From the NCBI GenBank assembly GCA_964036045.1, contig OZ038378.1, positions 72,540,001-72,604,000 on the forward strand: DNA of 64,000 nt. Reading direction: 5' to 3'. This document shows, in pieces, positions 60,205 to 64,000 of this stretch (positions within the stretch are counted from its first letter, which is position 1; each line of letters begins with the position of its first letter). This DNA comes from Eutreptiella sp. 'Long Island Sound 2002'. Its lineage: Eukaryota > Protista > Euglenida. A model generated the notes under the pieces. The model was not told the origin of the DNA, searched no databases, and was given only the letters and a program-made list of their open reading frames with translations. The position numbers were made by a program, and so were the translations under genes.

Positions 60205-63200
60205 TTGACGTTGCGGGTACTAGGCGCCTGTCGGCGCCGGGGGGCCACCTGGTCGGGCCAGGTGATATCCCCCCCACCGGGACCTAGTGGGGGGCCCTTC
60301 TTGACACATCTCCTGCCTGGTGGCGGAGTCCCCCGGGTTCACGGGGCTCAGAGCCCTGTCCCTCCCCGGCTTCCCCATTTCGCCACTCCCTGGTTAGTGC
60401 GTCACTTAGCAACCATGTTGCAGGCGCTAACCCACCACGCCGCCCCCCTAATGCTTGCTCGCCCGGGCTGCCGGTGCCGCCGGGCCCGTGCTACTGGCTT
60501 GTCGCCAATGGGACCCCCTCGGGCTGGCGCGGGGGCTGCCTAGCCGCGGGGCTGCTGTGTAGCACTGCTTGCCACTACTGCCTTGGCGGGTGCAGTGCTT
60601 TGGTCGTGTGTGCGCGGCGCTCGCGGCAGGTCCGTGGGGTCGTGGCAGTTGCTGTTTCTCCCTCTTCTCCTTTGCCCCCCCCCCCCTTCCCCCGCGCTCC
60701 TCGCGGTGCGTGTGGCCGGTCGTCCCGTCCGGGTGTCCCTTCTCCTTGCCTGTCGGTACGCCATTTCATGCGGTCTGTGCATTCCGCGGGCTCGGTCTGG
60801 TCTTTCTTCAGGTGCACGCCGCGTGCCCGTTGCGTGTGTGTGCGCTCATGCTCCCCCGGCTTTCGCGTCCTGCCCCCCCCGCCCCCGGGTCGGTGTGGTT
60901 CGCGCACCAGGCGCGGCTCCGGGGCAGGGCGCTGGTAGGGCCGTTCCAGGTGGTTCGTGCCCCTCCGCGTTTCTCGCCCCGGTCCCGTGCTCTGCCTAGT
61001 GAGATCGGGGGCGGGGGGGGGTGGCCCGGTCCCTTCGTCTCCTTGCCTGGCTCTGGGTCGCGCGTCCCTTCGTGGGCGGGCCTGTGCGTCCGGGGCGGTC
61101 CGGGGGGGGGGGGTCCGCTCGCTGCCCCCCTCGGGGGCGTGCGGGGTGGGGGGTCGCTCTGCCTCCGCCTGTCGCTCTGCCTTTCTCGCACGGGCACCAA
61201 GGCGAGCTTCGTTGGCGTCGGTCAGTCCATGAAAGGTGTGCCCTCCATACTGCTCCGGTTCGTGTCCATGCGCTCCCGTTTGGGCGCGGTCCGAGTGGGG
61301 CGCGGTGGGGCGTCCTTGCGTACCGGCGGGCGGCTGGCGGGCAGTTTGGCAGGCTGGCTGGCGCCGCGGCTTGCCGAGGTCACTGTGGGAGCGGGCGGGT
61401 GACCGTTCGGGGGCGCGCGGCGCGTGAACCCAGTGGCGCTCGGCCCCGAGCGCCGCGGCCCTCTCAAGGGGAAGGGGGGGGGGGGGGCTCCCCTGGCTTG
61501 GCGGGGGGGGTACGGGGCCGACGTCCCCTAGCCGCCACCTGCATTCCGCGGGCTCGGGGGGGGGGGGAGGGGGGTTGGGTCGCGCCAGGGTAGTGCAGTC
61601 CCTCTGCCCCCCTTCGGCCCCCCGGTTCATTGCTCTGGCGGCTGCGGGGGTTGGTTTGAAAGCCCAGGCCCAGGTTCCCCCAACGGCCGCGTTCCCCTGC
61701 GTGTCTGGTGGCGGCTCGGCGTCGCCCGGGCCGTGCGGCACCGGCCCGCCGGCCTACGTCAGGGGTCACTGCTCCGGGGGGGCGCTTCCCCTCGTGCCCT
61801 GTGACATGCAAGTGGCCGGGGGGGGGTGTGCGGCAGGGTGGCCTCGTGCGCCCCTCCCCGCGACGTGCTCGGTCAGGGCTGTCTGGCGTCCTCTGGCGCT
61901 AGGTGCGGCCCAAGGGGTGAGCAGCTGGCGTGTCAGTCCCTGCCTTCGAGTCCGCCCGTGCGCCGTGCGCCGCTGGTAGCCTGTTACGGTCCCCCCCTCC
62001 GCGTGCCCTGGCGTGCGGGCGGCCAGGGGGGGGGGGGGGGCGGGTGGTTGGGTCCCGGCTCTGGGGGTCGGTGTCCGTTGGGGGCGCACCCTGGGCCGCT
62101 GGCCCGTACCCTGCTCCCGCCCTCCATTTGGGGCCCGGCCCACTGGGCGCCGGGTCGTCGTATTGGCCTTCGGGAACGGTCCCCCTGCTGCCAACGTCGT
62201 CGCCGCCGCGTCGTGCGGTGCTGCAGGGGTGAAGAGGGGGGTTGGCCTGGCGTTCTTGGGTGCTTGGAACGATGGCCCGGGCCAGCGGTCCGTGATCAGT
62301 GGTCAGCGTGTCAGAGGGACTCCATTGCCGCGTGGGTCTGCGTTTTCCGCCCTGTCCGCGTGCGCCCACCTGGCCGCATTCCCCCCCCGCGTGTCGGTGG
62401 CCTTTGCGGTCTCCAGGATCGGGGGTTACGCCCGTCCCCCATATGTCCTGCTGAGCGGAAGGCGGAGGGGGGGGGGGGTGCTCGTGGTTGGGGGGCCCGG
62501 GCCTGCCGGGAGCGGGCCCCCCGGGCCGTCGGTCCGCCCCCGAGCTCCCTGGTGCTCACTATCTGGGGTCCCAGGCTCGGCCTGGCGGGCGCCGGGCCAT
62601 TGCCGTCTGGTTCGGCTGTCCTCAGCGCCTCCTTTTGGTGTGGGGGCTCGGGCTTCGGCCGTGGCGGGTTCCTTGGGCCGTAGCACCAGTTGCTGAGGGC
62701 GGTGCGCAGGGCCCGGGGCAGCCAGACATAGGCCTCTGCGTCCGTGACGCGGAGCACCGCCCCCCCTTCTGGGAAGGCTGGCCACTCCGGCCCCCGGTCG
62801 GGCAATCCCGCTCGCAACACGGCCTGGAGGACCCTTTCATGGTCCTCCTGGGCCACTCACCCCCCCGGGGCTACTTCCTGGTTCCACCGTCCCTCCGGAG
62901 GAGCACGGCATCAAAGGGCCGGTTCCTCATCCCCCTGGTGGTCGCTGAGGTGGCCCAGCTCAGCCCCCTGTACACCTCCATCACCAGGAGGACGGCTTTG
63001 CCCCCCAGGCAATCGGGGTCGCGTCCCAGTCCCAGACCCAATCGTTCATGGCCTCAGCGGGACCCGGGGCCCCCACAGCTCCCCGCGCCGGCTCCCCCCG
63101 TGGCTCCTGCGCCAGCCGCGCCGGTTCCGCGCCGGACCCCGCGGCGCCGGGGCAGCGGCCATCCGCGCCCGCCCCACCTGTGGCTCCCGTGCCGTGGAGG

Positions 63201-64000
63201 CGGGGTCGTGCGGGGCGTCGCCGTGTAGGCGGGGGGGGGGGAAGCTGGCGGGGGGGCTGGGGGGGGTTGGGGGGGGATCAGGTCCCCCATGTGGAGTGCG
63301 ATGTTGTAGATGGCCTGGTGACGGTGGTGGGCGTGCTGCGCCGGCATCTGCTGGATGCAGGAGTAACTGCACCGTACTGCCTGGACTTCTGGCTGCGGGA
63401 ACTCCCCGCCCCCCTTCCCCTGTCATGCGCCTTTCCCTTCCGGCCCCATCCCCATGCCCTGTCCTGCCTGCCCGCGGTGGCCCATGTCACCCCCCCCCTC
63501 CTTGCCCCTGGGCCCCCTCCCTGCCTCCGGCCCCCGGCTCTGGTTCAATCTCTCCTACCTGCCCCCCTGCTTGTGTCTCGTGTCCCTCCCTCTGTGACCC
63601 GCGCCCTTGCCTGTCCTGCTGGCGCCCGTGTCCTTCCCGTGTCCCTACCCGTGCCCCTTGCCGTGCCCTTTGTCCCTCCTTCCGCTGGCCGTGCCCTTGC
63701 CTGTCCCGTGCGCCTGCCCTCTCCTGCTGCTGCTTGCACTGGCGCCCCGCCCGTGCCCCTGCCCTCCCCCGTTGCAGCGACGCCCTGGCCCTTCCCTTGT
63801 GTCCGTCCCCTTGCGCTGCTGCTGGCCTTCACACCCCCCTGGCGCCTGCCCTCCTCCTCCGCTTGCCACCCTCCCTCGGTCGCCCTCCGCCCCTAGCCCC
63901 GTGCCCCCGTGGCTGGCACACCGCCCTGCGCGATTGCCGTCCTCGCCCTCACGGACCACGGCCCGCTGCAGCTGCAGCAGCGTGATGCCCATCGGCGTGC
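60205..64000 (-). mobile_element. GC-rich unclassified repeat, probably the 3' part of a retroelement; continues beyond the window
   Basis: Abrupt rise in GC, long G/C homopolymers, stop-poor Pro/Gly-rich ORFs on both strands, short protein-like islands (62311-62856) and a hairpin-rich end at about 60230-60330. Compositionally like 3601-8045, but no domain recognised. Confidence 0.45.

Noticed and set aside
60370-60420. Minus-strand GGCGAAATGGGG as an HDV-like ribozyme J4/2
   Set aside because: No P1/P3/L3 elements could be paired upstream, and it lies at the presumed 3' end of the element.
60569-63985. Long ORFs (388, 413, 285, 282 aa) as genes
   Set aside because: Same GC artefact: low-complexity Pro/Gly/Arg translations in all six frames, with no domain.

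Overview
This is a repeat-rich eukaryotic (protist-like) window. A euglenid-type genome is a guess from poly-G/C tracts, GC-rich repeats and a possible trans-splice acceptor, and is not demonstrated. Two intact host genes lie on the + strand, with GT-AG introns only: myo-inositol-1-phosphate synthase INO1 (4 exons, 21209-26429, 534 aa) and a mitochondrial carrier of probable Oac1/SLC25A34-35 type (7 exons, about 29066-42190; first exon provisional). The rest is mostly decayed and nested mobile DNA. It includes an intron-bearing hAT transposase, split by a 4.4-kb GC-rich insertion that encodes a Ulp1/C48-like protease remnant, and a Ty3/gypsy-type retrotransposon whose pol appears to carry a Dam-like N6-adenine DNA methyltransferase between protease and RT (the most interesting signal). 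There are also several PIF/Harbinger-IS5-like (DDE_Tnp_4) remnants, MITE/foldback elements, tRNA-derived repeats and a pogo transposase. An 11-kb block bounded by inverted termini and 653-bp direct repeats contains tandem arrays and a decayed SET-like gene. A second GC-rich element runs off the window end. All domain calls are by-eye motif recognition, often across stops or frameshifts, and need HMM confirmation.
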